DNA from: Kudoa neothunni | Taxonomy: Eukaryota; Animalia; Cnidaria | DNA: 64,000 nt | NCBI GenBank assembly: GCA_964304625.1 | Contig: OZ199840.1 | Span: forward strand, 5,383,200 to 5,447,199 | Direction of reading: 5' to 3' | Part shown: positions 1-13,821 of the stretch, piece by piece | How the letters are laid out: each line of letters starts with the position of its first letter | Position numbering within the stretch: the stretch's first letter is position 1 | Position numbers and translations under genes: made by a program | The notes under the pieces: model-generated | Database searches by the model: none | Seen by the model: only the letters and a program-made list of their open reading frames with translations | Told to the model about the DNA's origin: nothing

Positions 1-462
1 GGTCAAATTGAATATACATTTTACTGTTCCCATTATCTATAATTCTTAGGTTTATATTCATAGGATAAAAATTTGATTCTTTATCTTATATGGAAATAAA
101 ATTAATTTTTTTAAAATTTATTAACAAATACAATGATAATTTAAATTAACTATAGTAATGATAAAATCAATTATGAGTTTAAATTCCTTAATTGTCTGTC
201 TTAATTTTATTATTTATAGATAAATGCATTCTTAATTACAAGAGTCTTGTAATAAACAATAAAAGTAAGTTATTTATAAATAGAAATATTCGTGATCTAG
301 AAATGTTATTATTTAATTATTTTTCAAAGTTCTAGCAATCATTATGATACGCGAAAAAATTCAATTCTTATATACGAAAATATCTTATCTAAACTTTTTC
401 AATCTAATATTCATATAAATATTCAATTACTATTATAGAAAGATATTAATATATGATAACGC

Positions 463-473
463 TATATATAAAG
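463..473 (+). promoter_or_regulatory. Candidate TATA box of family gene 1
   Basis: TATATATAAAG about 50 nt upstream of ATG 516. Similar spacing at genes 7 and 8. The AT-rich background weakens the evidence. Confidence 0.4.
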
Positions 474-515
474 AGAATAATTTTTTTGTATAATCACCGT
501 CAACAATATTATTCG

Positions 516-1461
516 ATGTATCACATAGTAACGCAGTTTCTATATGTTCTAGGTATTTGAAATGTCGAAAATATTCTAATCAACATTTAATAGCATTAGG
601 CTCAAAATATACAAACCAAGACCCAAACGTAATTATTTGATTTAATATAGGGTTTTATAATAATATAACCTAGTTTGAATTATCAGATCCTGTGCTATAT
701 GATATATATGAATGTTTGAAATCGTTTAAAGAAAAAGAATTATTTCAGGATGATAACAAGGTAATAAAGTTAAAATCAAAGTTATTTCAATAAAAGGTCA
801 GTTGAAAATAATTGGAGAAGAAATAGAACACCTACATGGGTTTGTGAACAAATATCCTGAACCGAAAGATATATGTACAATCATTGCCGTGTGTAATGAA
901 AATAAAAGTATTGTTTTTACTGAAATACTATAAAAAAATTAATTATAAAAAAGTCATAAGGTATAAACAAAATAAAGAGTGTCTGCCGTGTTTAGTGAGA
1001 AAAATATTTATGTTTATTTATTCAATATGTTCTATCAATAGTTGGTTCTTTATTTGGATACATTAACTTTGGAATTAAACCACAAAAAAGTCTCGTATAA
1101 AGTAGATATAACTGATAAACTAATTCCATTTTATTAATTAATCTTTTTGAACAAATGAAGAAAATAATTAATTATCACAAAATAATAATATAGGACAGAG
1201 AAAAGTTCCTTCGTGATGCCAAAACTAAATGTGTTGAAGTAGGTCATTGCGACCATTTTGAAGTAGACCCAGGAGATGGTAAAAATATTATTATTTTATT
1301 CACAATTATTTTATAATTCTTAAATTAATGTTCATTAATTTTGAATTATATTAACGATTAATTTAGATGATCTAATCGGAGAAAGAGATGATTTCGACCA
1401 AGTTCGTAGTTGGTATCATGGAATGGCGAAAAAAATGACCTTTGAATTTTCAACCCCCTAG
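516..1461 (+). CDS. Secreted 6-Cys (saposin-reminiscent) family protein, gene 1; 8 exons, 181 aa
   Basis: Exons 516-552, 594-628, 674-760, 802-907, 954-994, 1042-1101, 1194-1278, 1367-1461, all GT-AG, open frame: MYHIVTQFLYVLALGSKYTNQDPN/FELSDPVLYDIYECLKSFKEKELFQDDNK/LKIIGEEIEHLHGFVNKYPEPKDICTIIAVCNENK/IIRYKQNKECLPCL/LVLYLDTLTLELNHKKVSYK/DREKFLRDAKTKCVEVGHCDHFEVDPGD/DDLIGERDDFDQVRSWYHGMAKKMTFEFSTP*. Confidence 0.88.
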
Positions 1462-1935
1462 AAATTAATTATTACTTTCAATAGTGATTTTTTTCTACTT
1501 CATTAAAAACTGTAATATAATATAAACATGAAATTTACGAGTCTAAAATGGGTATATTATGTAAGCTGTATAAAATAATTTCGTTGTTTAATAAAATTTA
1601 ATGAAAATTGAGAGAAGTCAATATTATCAGAATCATGGTGCATATGTGATAATTAAATTAAACCTAAATTTTTATGTACTAAAATAAAATATAAGCTGCT
1701 GTTTTATATTTATATTTTTAAGAATTTTGAAGTAAGATATAAAATAAAATTTTAGGACACACCAAACCACTAACACTAAGATTATAATTTATAATGCATA
1801 CCGCTACTCCATTAAAGTTGTTACGTATAAAATTCTTTTTATATAATTTCGTATTAAAAAAGATGCTAATTGTGATTAGATACTATTAGTTTATATCGAA
1901 TCACTTTTATTTTGAAAATAAATTATTTTTATTAA

Positions 1936-4204
1936 CTTTTCCAAATAAAATGGTGTATTTTTATACCCCAGGCCTATTTAATCTTTAATTTTTTACCTCA
2001 AATCCAAGACTAAAATTTTTTATATTCCGTCTAATCTTTTAATGTTATATAATACATATTCTAGCTGATAACAATTTTTTTTTGTTTCGTAAAATAAAAT
2101 ATAACGCGAAAATACCCTCCGAGTAAAATTGGGGAATTTTTACACCCCACATTTTTTTAACCTAAATTGTTCCAAATACAAAATAATATTTTTTTGGTCA
2201 ATTTGACACAATTTCAACGACGAATTATTGTTTAAATCAACAAATAGTACTGGTCATATTGTAATGCGCACGCGCAATTTACGTTATGAAATGGGTTCCG
2301 GTGATTATAGCAACAGCTGCTCTGAGTTATTCCGTTATATGTGATACGTCATCAGATAATTTGGAAGTTGAAAAAATGCTCCATCTGACTCTTTAATACA
2401 TAAGACTGGAGCTTTAAAGACAATTAAAAACCCCTCGACTTATAGAACTGCGACCCAAAGTATTTTGACCAGTCGTACTGGTGTTTATCCTTCGTTTTTC
2501 AGAATGTAAATGAAATCATTGATACGTTTAAAGTGCTTTTTCGCCAGGAAATATATGATTTAATTTTGAAACATACAAATCAATACGGTAAACATTTATT
2601 TGGTGAAGCTTGGGGGCAATTAGATAGTGTTGAATTCGATGGATTCAACGGATGTTTATTGTTAATGGGAATATTTGACGATAATCAACAAACAATAAAA
2701 GAATTGTTTGGTTTAGAAGAGGGAAGACAAGTTTATCGTGACCTATTTTCTTTAAATAGATTCCGACAAATCAAGAGAGCTCTTCATTTCGACGATTTGG
2801 AAATATGAGAGATAAGAAAAATATCAGATAAATTTTGCTACATTCGTGAACTCTAGGATATCTGGGTTGACTCGCTTATCCAGAGTTTTCGACCTTCTGA
2901 GGATCTTTGCATCGATGAATAACTTGTGGCTTTTAGAGGTCGTTGTAAATTCAAATAATATATGCCAAAAAAACGTTCAAAATATGGCCTAAAGTTTTTT
3001 TTAATAATTGAAAACAAAAGTCAACTTTTGTTTGCAATGCAATTGTCTATTTGGGAAAGCGATCTCAAAATGATACGAGGGCTGTGAATGTTGGGAGGAA
3101 TATTGTTTTAAAGTTAGTGGAACCATTCGAACGTTCTTGTCGAAATTTCTTGTGACAATTTTTTCACGTCTATTGAGTTAGCGGATGAATAGATACAAAA
3201 AAAATTACGTTTGTTGGAACAATGCGTTCAAATAAGAGAGAGAGATACCACCGTATTTGAAACCAGATAAAACGACTCCTCTTCATACATCTCTTTTTGT
3301 TTTTAACAACAAAAAAATGATACCAAGATATCTGCTTCACAGAAATAAACCTGTTTATATGCTTTGTCCCTCCCCAACAAACACCCAAATATCATCAGAA
3401 AGGCCATTAAAACCCGATGTCATAATGCATTGCAATGAAGTAAAAGGCGGAGTTGATACGATTTCCAGATTATTGTCAGCAATAAATGTGAGACGAATAT
3501 CTTGTCGTTGGCCGTTAATTGTTTTCTTTAACATAGTTGATATTAGTCTGATTAATGCGTTCTGTATATACAAAAATTTATTCCCTTCTTCAAAATTGCT
3601 TCGGAGGGAATTTTTGAAAATGATGGCAACCCAATTGACACATCGACTTCTTTTGAGTTTTGAGACGGAAACAAAATATGACAGCTAGTGAAGACTCCTC
3701 TGTTATAATTGGACAAAATAGTTACGGGAGATGTCGATTTTGCGATAGGAAGTATGATAGAAAAACAAAAATAAAATGCGACATTTGTGCTTCATCTTTC
3801 TGCAAATTCCATTCCAGTCATATTTGTTTTATTTATCTTAACCGATAATTATGCCAATTTTGTTTTATTATTATTGTTATTCTTTTGTTCGTATATTTAA
3901 AAAAATAATCTAATGCTGCTTAAAAGCTTTCCTGAAATAGAATCTTAAACGTGTTGTCAATAAACATTCTACTTCTACAATATGTACAATACGTGATCAA
4001 TTTGAATTGTGCGCATGCGCTGTACTGGCTTAGCTAGAAATATTGTTCTAAAATTTCAAATTTAATCGATAAAAATACGTCAAAATTTTTAAAAATAATT
4101 ATTTTTGAATTCTTTTTCTTTTTTTTAATAAAAAAATGTGGGGTGTAAAAATACCCCAATTTTATTTTACTCGGAGGGTGTAAATTTTCCAGTGACTTAG
4201 AAGG
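1936..4204 (+). mobile_element. piggyBac DNA transposon (decayed), element PB1
   Basis: TTAA at 1932-1935 and 4205-4208. About 45-bp subterminal inverted repeat ACCCTCCGAGTAAAATTGGGG(A/T)ATTTTTACACCCCACATTTTT at ~2114-2157 and ~4131-4189, with a degenerate third copy at the left terminus. Contains a transposase pseudogene. Confidence 0.85.
2291..3848 (+). pseudogene. piggyBac transposase pseudogene (frameshifts and stops)
   Basis: Motifs FSLNRFRQIKRALHFDD, IDE*LVAFRGRCKF.IYMP, CDNFFTS, KGGVDTI...RWPLIVFFNIVD and the C-terminal Cys-rich domain GRCRFC...CDIC...C..H are spread over several frames. Confidence 0.92.
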
Positions 4205-4644
4205 TTAATTAAGGCTCCATAACATTACCTACATTATAAATTATAATATCGACGCACATGTGTGAAATGATTTCAGATAATTCTACAATTATTTAAATAT
4301 ATTAAATTTGGTCAATTCTTATATAAATTTTGACTGTTTTATATTCTTTCGTAGATGTTTATATGAATAGAATTAAAATTATATTCATTATTCCAATTAG
4401 ATGCCAATATAATACTTATTACATTGGGTTCTATCATAGAAAAGTTAACTTAATTTAATAATTGCCGATGTTCTATTTTATTTTTTAAATAAAATGTCTG
4501 AATTAAAATAATATTCGCAAAGAGAATATTCAACCTATTAGTTCCAGATTTAATCGTTAATATTCAAACCAATATTAGTTTATTAGTTAATTTAAAAATA
4601 ATATTGTATCAAAATATCATAAAAATTTAATATTATCATGTTAA

Positions 4645-5644
4645 CCCTTACCGCAGTGAGCTAAAAAAAAATCCGCGTGAAGCCATGGGGAATCTGAAGA
4701 CTGAAGAAGCCCCGGAGAAATCAGCTTAAAAATTTTTTATTTATATATAAATTAAAATATCTTTAAACATATTTATAAGATATTTTAACCCAACAACACT
4801 TCATATATTATTGTGTATAATCGGCTCTGAAACCCTATTAATCGATTGATATTTTACAATTTAAACATCAATCTACGCCAAAATAAATCTTTGATTACTA
4901 TACAGTATTTTGAACGAAATCGGGGTTAGTCGGATAACATTAACATAAAGTAAAAATGAAAGTTTTTTTCCACTTGTAATCTTTATATACAACCAAAAAT
5001 ATTAATGAAAGGTAGTTATCACATTTATGAAACAAATTATGATTCATTTCGTCGTGGAAACTATTATTTTTGTTGTTTTTGCGTTTATTTCCGATATTTG
5101 CCGATTTGGTTCTAGCGGGGTCGAATATAGTTTAGTTTAGCCAAATCTTGTATATAAATTTTTGTTGATGTTATATAGTTCCAAGTTAGAAAAAGTCTAA
5201 TTTCGATTAAAACTTCTAAATTTATGGATATGAGTAATCACAAACCTATCAATTTATTGTCTAAACATTCGGGTAACAACGGTAGAAGAGATAATCTTCA
5301 GGTTATTGCGACTCCTTAATCTGAAAATCAAGTTTCTTCTCCATATTATTCGTTAACCATCCCTCAAACCCTTTAAATGATTAAATTAAATTTAAACATA
5401 ATTACGCTGAAAATCACAACTCAACAACGAAACAACACATCAGACCACGATTGTTATGTATTAATCTTCGTTAATCCCTATTTCATATTTTAAAATTGAA
5501 AATATATATCCAAAAAAAAAATTATTGAAATATATTTTATTCAAATAATAAATATAAATGAATATTATGTAGTCGCAAAAATGATTTATATGAACGAAAC
5601 CATCGGACCAACTCAAAGTTTGAAGCCATACCCCTTGTTAAGAG
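4645..5644. mobile_element. Possible non-autonomous piggyBac-like element (~1 kb)
   Basis: TTAA-CCCTTA at the left and TAAGAG-TTAA at the right, with GC-richer termini. No transposase recognised. Confidence 0.3.
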
Positions 5645-5760
5645 TTAAATATAAATTAAAATTATTTCTTTTTGTTGTGCCTAATGAACAGGAAGGTTAT
5701 CATGAAATTTCAATATAATGTATTTCCTCTATTAGTAATTAGAAAGAAATTATCTTACAT

Positions 5761-5795
5761 GGGGTACCAAATATACCCCGATTGGTTAATGGTTA
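5761..5795. mobile_element. Orphan piggyBac-like end motif
   Basis: Imperfect palindrome GGGGTACCAAATATACCCC followed by GATTGGTTAATGGTTA, the same layout as the PB4 end at 61257-61292. Confidence 0.3.
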
Positions 5796-7298
5796 TTTTT
5801 TAGGCGAAAATCGTTTCAAAAACAACTTTAAATTGCGGTATAATCGAATGAAGCTACAATGTATAAGTGATTAAAAAATGTTAATAGTATATTTTTATAA
5901 AATCGAATTAACTTTAGTTACCACCTTGCATATCCAATAATTAAATATATTAACTATCTTGGATTAAGCACCAATTATTAGATTATTTTATTTAAAGAAA
6001 ATATTTTTTGTTAACGAAAAAGTTAAACATTTCAATGGTTTAATAATTGAGTTTATTACGTATAAGAAAATATTTGAATTTTTCCCCCTCTCTTATGATT
6101 TTGAATATATATTTTATTTTAAAATTTAAGTATAATCATGTTAGCAATAACTTGAATAAGATTATTTGTTTAAGTTTTAAACACAATACTTCAAATAATA
6201 AAAGGTCATTATGTTATACATGAATAAATTTTGGAATAAAAAAAACGTTCCTATTAATCTTTTTTTTATATTTATATTTTGGCCTGAATTCGGTGTAAAT
6301 TTAACTTATGTCATTTACTGCAATTAAAAATAGAAAATTAATTTTCAAACCTATTCATTCAACTAAAAAAATTAAAAACTCACAATTTTTAAAAGACAAT
6401 TCAATTATATAACAATAAAGTTGATCAGCCAAAAGTTAAAATGTCATTATATATAACTAAAAATTACAATTTTTATACATAATTCGTTAATATCATTTAA
6501 TTCAGATGAATTTAACTAAATTGCGGTAACTAAGTAACATTAACCACACGCCAACAAAGAATCGGTTGTCTCGAATTTTCATATTTTTAATTAATTAGTA
6601 ATACAGCAGAACAAAAATAATATATTTAATTTTAATACGAATTTAGAAAAAATCCTCAATTAATCTAATTGTTATAAATTTCTATATTTCTCTTTTTAAT
6701 GATGACATATTTTAATAAAATTCTTAGATTTCTCTGGAGTTTTTTTCCAATCGTTTAATTATCGTATCTTATTGATAATTATAAGGAACCTAAAACATCT
6801 TTTAATCGATAATATTTTTTTTTTAGATAAAATATAATCCACTTAATATTTATCTTTGTTATGGGAAAATTATTTTAGATAATAAATGAAATATTACTCA
6901 TAATTGTAAAAAAACTATGTAATTTAATTAATTTATTATAAAATTGATTATTAATATAATTTTATTAGACTCGTTAATTTAAAAGAAATAATAAGAGGGA
7001 AATATTCAATTTAAAAAATGTATTTTTAAATTAGCGTTCGAAAAAAAAATTAAGTTTTTTAGTTGGAATCAATAATTTTAATACCTTACTGTAAATGTAA
7101 AATACATTTATGTTTTACAGCTTTATCATTCAATAGCCGGTTGATTGGTTATCAGAAAAATATTTCGATATATATATATATCTTGTAATTCAACATCTAT
7201 GGTGATTCAGCATTTATAAAATTTGTAATCTTGATAACACTTCATTATTAGATAAAAAATATTCCGCTCTACACCATAATAATCTAATTAAAGGAATA

Positions 7299-8256
7299 AT
7301 GTTGTATAAGAATAAAGTCAAATCATTCATGTGCTTTTGGTGTGGTATACTGTAAATGTTTTTAAACAAGAAATAATTTTATTTTTTAGCTTTATTCGTG
7401 TTAAATTATTCATACCAAACCGATTATGTATTTACAACTTTTAAACTAATGTAATTATTCGTAAAATAATAAAGATACATGTTAAAAATGCATCTCATTT
7501 TCAATTACATAAAACCTTTGTACGATTACATGGAATGGAGTTATTTAAACACGACGAAATAAAAGTAAAAATAATTTAATATTAAATTATGCATTTTTAG
7601 CATATAGAGAGATATTATTGTGGAAGCATTGATGGATATCGAAGGATTTGTAAATCAGTTCCCAGATTTGGATATCATTTGTAAGAAGTACGCTCTCTGT
7701 AATGGAGATAATGGTATTTTTATTTCGAAATCGTCGCTTATATTCAAATTTTACATAGTTATCATTTTTCATGAAAATGAAGCCTGTCTTCCATGCACTG
7801 TATTCCATTTTTACGTTTTTAGTATATATATATATATGAAATTTTAGTTGATCATATTTCTTTATCATATTAAAGTCACTAGAGGTGAAAATGAAATTTG
7901 TGATAAGGCAAATTCATTTTATGTTTGAAAAAAATGCAAAATAATTATTTTTTATACCGATATAACTTTTAGGATGAGAAAAAATTTTTGGATAATGCTA
8001 CAGAACTTTGTGAATTAGGTTACCATTGTGATCATTCAGAAGGTACATTAAATTCAAGTAATTTATTTCAAAAACTATTATTATATTAACAATAAATTCT
8101 ATAAATTTTTTAACCTTGACGAAGATGAATAACATTTACAAAAAATAATTAGGGAAAATGAGAACGACAACATATAAGACGAACAACGGATTCAGCAATG
8201 ACAATAAAGATCCTAGATTAAAGAAAGATTATTGTATCACTTTTGGATGCCACTAG
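7299..8256 (+). CDS. Secreted 6-Cys family protein, gene 2; 8 exons, ~189 aa, one GC-AG intron
   Basis: MLYKNKVKSFMCFWCALFVLNYSYQTDY/IHVKNASHFQLHKTFVRLHGMELFKHDEIK/RDIIVEALMDIEGFVNQFPDLDIICKKYALCNGDN/VIIFHENEACLPCT/LIIFLYHIKVTRGENEICDK/DEKKFLDNATELCELGYHCDHSEGTLNS/RKMRTTTYKTNNGFSNDNKDPRLKKDYCITFGCH*. First and last exon boundaries are less certain. Confidence 0.8.
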
Positions 8257-9804
8257 AGACTTGCAATATGTCAGTTAATAAATCATATAATTTTCGACTT
8301 TCCATACAATTTATCCTTATTTGTTGAGGATACTCTAATTCCTTTGTTAGGCGTTTTATCACAGATACGGAAATTAGATAATTAATTGGCTAAAATTAAT
8401 AATTCAATTCTAATAACCTATTCTCGATATAGTTGTAATATTGTAATATAATTATATGTACTAGTTAGGAAAGTAGAGACGTTTGGAAACAAGAATATTT
8501 CACCTTAAGATCGATACCGTAATTTAAAGCGAAGGTAGACAAATATTCAAAAGTTAATTCCAAAAATAAATATATGCCTAGCCTTTATGTATAAATATTT
8601 AAAAAACATTACATTTAATTACAAAATAAAACAGAATAATTAACATTTATATTTAATGTGGAATAACTATCTACATGTAATATTATCAACTATATTTATC
8701 ACATAAATAAGTTATAACTATTTAAATCAATATATTGGTTATAGTTCTTATGTAATATTTCACAAAAGAGAGTATAACCAAAAATTAGGCAAAATTAACG
8801 GTGAACCTTTGTTAAATAAGCAGGACAACAATAATTATGAGGAAAAAATGATTGAATATATGAGTTAAATTTATGAAAAATTTTCGATGAATTAAAATAT
8901 TAAATAATAATTTTGAGTGAGTATCAAATGTTGGAAGATTGTAATAGAATAATCTGTGTATTTAAGAGAAACCATGGAATTAATTAGACCAACAAAAATA
9001 CAGTTGATAAAATATAATAATTTTGACAATTCCTTGTATTATAATCGACGTTTAAAAATTAGAGACAGAAAAATTCGATAAATTTTAAAACAAGGATTTA
9101 AACTTTATTTGTCTCATCACTTTAATCAAAGTTATGGTTGATGATAAAAATTAAATTATTAAACAATTTGAAAGTGACAATATAGTCAGAAATTAACAAT
9201 GAGAAAAAGAACGAAAATTGTTTTGAATGTTTTTCTTAATATATTTTAAATATATTAGATGAATTTTAAATCGAAATGAAAAATAATCTATATATATTCA
9301 GAACGTAATGAGAGAGAACTGCAATTTAAGTTACAATCCATTTTTTCCATTTACTGCGGATTAGTAGTTACATACTTTTGGATTAGAATATATTTTTACA
9401 ATATCCATCAAATTCTATCACGATACGTAAGGTCTCAAAAGTTGGGAAATATATGATTACTACAATTTTTATATGTAAAATAATTATGTATTCTAAAGAA
9501 AGAAAAGTTTTTTAAAATATCCAAAAAAATTAAGGAAAAACAGCTTCTGTGATAAAATAAAAAATACTATATTATTAAAACTGAAAATGTTTATTCAATT
9601 GTTACATGCGAAATACAGTATTTCAACATCAATTTGCAAGTGGCTCGTGCATTAATATTAGATCAAAAATTTATTCCAAATTAAAGGTTACATGGTAAAT
9701 GAAACACATCCAATCAACATGCTTTATGTTTTTAGGGTAAATTCAGTGATTTCATGGTCATATTAAGAATTATTTATATTTAACCTAATGATTTAATTAT
9801 GAAA

Positions 9805-12584
9805 GTGGTTATTTCTCAGGAGGTGAATTTCTCGAAAAATACTCAACATATTAAACTTAGAATTTACAAATTTTTATAAATTAGTTTAACTTAAGTATTC
9901 TTTTAATTTCAATATTTTACGTAAACGACAATAAAACAAGTACCGGGGAGTGATAATTATTTCACGTAAATTCTCAAATATAGTAATAAATTAAGATTAA
10001 TTTAAATATAAAAAAAGTAATTTTTATAATTTAGTTTATTTCTTTCAGATATAAGATATTTAACTAAACAGATGTAATTTATTATTACATCCTTACATAT
10101 GCTTATTTGTGCATACAGGTTTTCCATGAATAATGAATTGATATCGAAAAAAATTCGAACATTTATTCTTAATTAATATAAATTCATAGTCGAAAATAAT
10201 TATTTTTTACTCTTTTTGATTTCAATGGTTGTTAAATGTCTATCTATTGGTCGATCAATGGACTTTATATTTAAGGGATTTTTAAATCTTAAAGAAAATT
10301 ATCAAATTTATTAAATTTATTACCTTTCAATTGGGGTTGCTCCATCCTGATTATCGATTTTCTGTTCTTGAACATTGTACTCAGTGTTTGAAAGAATTTT
10401 TGATATCGTATGTGGCGAATTTTCAATTAATTCATTTATTGATTCCTAATATGGTTAAATGTAATTTAATAAATTAATAATTATTATTACTTCTTAATTT
10501 TATTTAGTTGGCGAATAAAATTAAGAAGTAAGATAATGGTTATCAACAATCACATGTATCAAGAAAATGATCGATTATTGTGTTTTCGTGGTTTTTTATT
10601 ATCCGTTCTAAAAGATTATTCAGTTGATCTTATTGATTTATCAAAAAAGTCTCCCCAATATTCTGATGTTGTATTAGCCAATTTTGTTGTAGAAGTTGCC
10701 GCATTTTTCAACTTTTTAATGAAACCATTTATTTTAACCTGTTTTATATCAATAATAATAATAAGTTTGTGCGTTATTATCTTTTGGTTATTGGACCTGT
10801 TTTTAAAAATTTCATTCCATATGACTTTTTCCATCTTTGATAGCACAAATCTTCGGAGAAAAGAGGTAACTTCTTAATTGATCTACATATTAACACATGG
10901 CAGCATAGCAATGAGAATCATCGATAAATAAGCATGAACATGTCGTTGGATTTGTAGTTCCATTAAAGCTTGTGAATACGTTATCGTCATTTATTAATGA
11001 GATTTTATCTCTCAATATACTATAAGCGTATTTTGTCAAGTATTGTACGTATAGGAATGTACTTTATACATTAAATGTTTCATTTGAAACATAATACAAT
11101 TGACTTATTGCTATAACCTCTCTTTCTGTTGGGAGGGTGTTCAAAATGTTGAAAAAGTTACAAATAAAATCACTTCAAGTATTGAATTTATGAACATGTT
11201 TTTAATTTTCGAATTTATTGTTTCAATTCGATTGTTTGTATTATTGTCATAAAAGTTTTTAGCATTACTGAGACCGATAACCCATTCACTGAAAATTGAT
11301 TCCAAGTTTCTTTGATAATATTCGCTCAATTTAACGCTGTTTAATGAATGAATTTGATACACATAACTTTTATATTCAATGTAATCATTACATAGAATCA
11401 TTTTCGGTAAACATGTTAAAACATCTTTTTGGGTATTCGATAAATTTTTCTTCCTTATTAGAAACGATTGTATTTAGATTTTCCCGAAGCATTTACATTG
11501 TTTCAGTTAAAACATCGCAAAATCATTGAATAACAGCTTCAGTATCCTCATAGAGTATACATACATTCGTGATGTGTGTTAAACCGAAACAATCAACCCC
11601 TGCAGATAGATATAATGGAGTTCTAAAACTATGATTACAATAAATTCAAATTTTATTAATTATCTTTAATTAAGAAGTTTGTATGCTGCGTCTACCAACA
11701 TCACCTCTGGATATAATGCAAGTAGGATTTCATTTTATTGTGTGCGAAAAAATTCCGTTAACAACGTTATATTTATCATATAAAATTCTAACCTAGCAGC
11801 TATAATCTTCTCTTAATACTTTTTCTATCGCATCCAGGTTAAGGGGGAACAAAATGTTATTTGCTCTAATATCATGGATAGATTTGAGACGAACATTTTC
11901 CCGGTTTCACATTGAATTATAGACTGAATCAATTAAATTAAATTTTGATCATCTAAATCAATTTTTCGTTGTTTTGGTAAATTCTTGAAAATCACTTCAT
12001 TTGATTCATGATTATGAACTAGCATACAAGAACGTATTTCAAGGGCACTTCCATCGACAGGAGGCCTAAGTGATATTTTTACAGGTCAGTCTTCACTTAA
12101 AGCTGGTTTATTCATACTTCCACAAAATTTTGGTTTGTTTTTACCACTGAAAATACACAGTAAGTAATCTCATAATAACGTAGAGTTGGGATGATATTTA
12201 TAATAGTTCCAAAAATTTGATCCCTCGTAATCTAAAATGGAATTATCATGATCCTCGAAGGTGACAAATCGTGTTCTAAATGTAAACATATGTGAATTTA
12301 ATGCGGGCCCAGCCAAATTGTAAGGACAAAATGTGCGCTCAAAGCATGACTTGAACGAACAAAAATTATTTGACCTATTATATTTAATTCTAATTGTTGT
12401 TGTTTTTAATTTTTTTTATTATATGAAAAGTAATTATCACTCCAAATATTCGTGCTGTTGTCGTTTACATACAATTTTGAAATTAAAATAAAACTTAAAT
12501 TAAATTAATTTATAAATATTTGTAAATTCCAAGTTTAATATGTTGGGTATTTTTCAAGAAATACGCTGCTTGAGATATAGCCAC
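9805..12584 (-). mobile_element. Mutator-like (MULE/SWIM, ZSWIM3-type) transposon with long TIRs, decayed
   Basis: About 160-bp imperfect inverted repeats at ~9805-9965 and ~12425-12584 (GTGG(T/C)TAT(T/A)TCTCA...GAAAAATAC(T/C)CAACATATTAAACTT(A/G)GAATTTACAAAT...GTAAACGACAA...GGAGTGATAATTA). Internal transposase remnants lie on the minus strand. Confidence 0.8.
10500..12289 (-). pseudogene. MULE/SWIM transposase pseudogene
   Basis: Fragments: MFTFRTRFVTFED (start), PVKISLR...LVHNHE (WRKY-like zinc finger), YPEVMLVDAAYKL (MULE first Asp), NTNNRIETINSKIK (catalytic Glu motif), TCSCLF (SWIM). The 3' limit is approximate. Confidence 0.75.
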
Positions 12585-13821
12585 GACGTTAAATTATTCG
12601 TATGACTTTGCCTATAGTTTGTTGTAAATTAAAGAACATACTAAAGGGATGATACAAATGTTCGTTTTAGATATCAATGTTCTAGACACTAGTGTAATTA
12701 ATTGTGTTACATATACGGTTTCTCGATCATATAATCTACCATGATAAAATAATATAATGGCAGCTTTCATATTGTTTAAATTAAAGAAAAATATTTGTTG
12801 ATAAATCATCGTCATAATAGATGAAAGTTTTAATATCAATTAAGCAACGTGAGAGACATTTTATTGTACTGCGTGTGTCGAGTGCAAGTTGGTCCGCCTC
12901 ACATGCAATTTGATATTGAAGTACTGTATTATGATCTTGATTCGACATTAATTGTGCAAACAATGAGAGGAACCCTAATATTCACAATTTATTGAATTCT
13001 AATATATTTAACACTGAAGATGTTGATTTAAATGAAACGTTAATAATAACGTTTTTGACTAATTAATTTTAAAATATAAATATTTCTTCAAATTAAAATA
13101 AAATTAGTATAACTTACCGTAATCAGATTTATTTTGAAATATGTAAATTATAAATAGGAATTAATCGATTTAAAATAATTTTTCATAATGTAACAATATA
13201 TTATAGATAATCTAGCCAATTAACTTTAATTTATAGTAGCAGGAGATCAAAACAATTGGTTAATTATGAGTAGTTAATATTATGAAATTTTTTTGTTTAT
13301 ATGGAAGGGTACAATTTACTACATCTTATATATACATATTAATGTATAAATCTTTTTAGAATATTCATCCGTCTAATAATTCCAAAAGAAACCTTAGGTA
13401 TGTACCAGGTGTTGGTGTAACCTCTTGGATCGAATATTTTTTTAATGTAGAGACTCTTAAAATTTTCTAGTAGCAATCACTTTTAAATTTTATTGGCAAC
13501 ATAAAAAATACAATATAAAAAAAACAAATACAAATATTAAAATATTTATATAATAGGCTATTATAGACTTTGATGATATTTTTATTTAGATATGTTAATT
13601 AATTGTATTAAAATATTAAACCAATTTCAATTACAATAGTTGTTGATTCAAAAATTGATTTAGGATACCTGATAATTATTTTCAAGGTAATCGCCAGTAT
13701 ATAAATATTTGATACATAATTTATCATTTTTTTGTTTTTTGTCAACATAGATAAATACTCAATATATATATTATAGTTGAATCAACATTGATAATATTTT
13801 AAGAAAATTACCTATTTCAAA

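Noticed and set aside
884-1066. ORF-track short ORFs (also 7620-7847, 39967-40215, 63102-63396, 26417-26919) as standalone genes
   Set aside because: They are exon-plus-intron read-throughs of the spliced genes described above.
12612-12963. Two overlapping minus-strand ORFs next to the Mutator TIR
   Set aside because: No recognisable motif. Probably an older TE fragment, but it cannot be supported.
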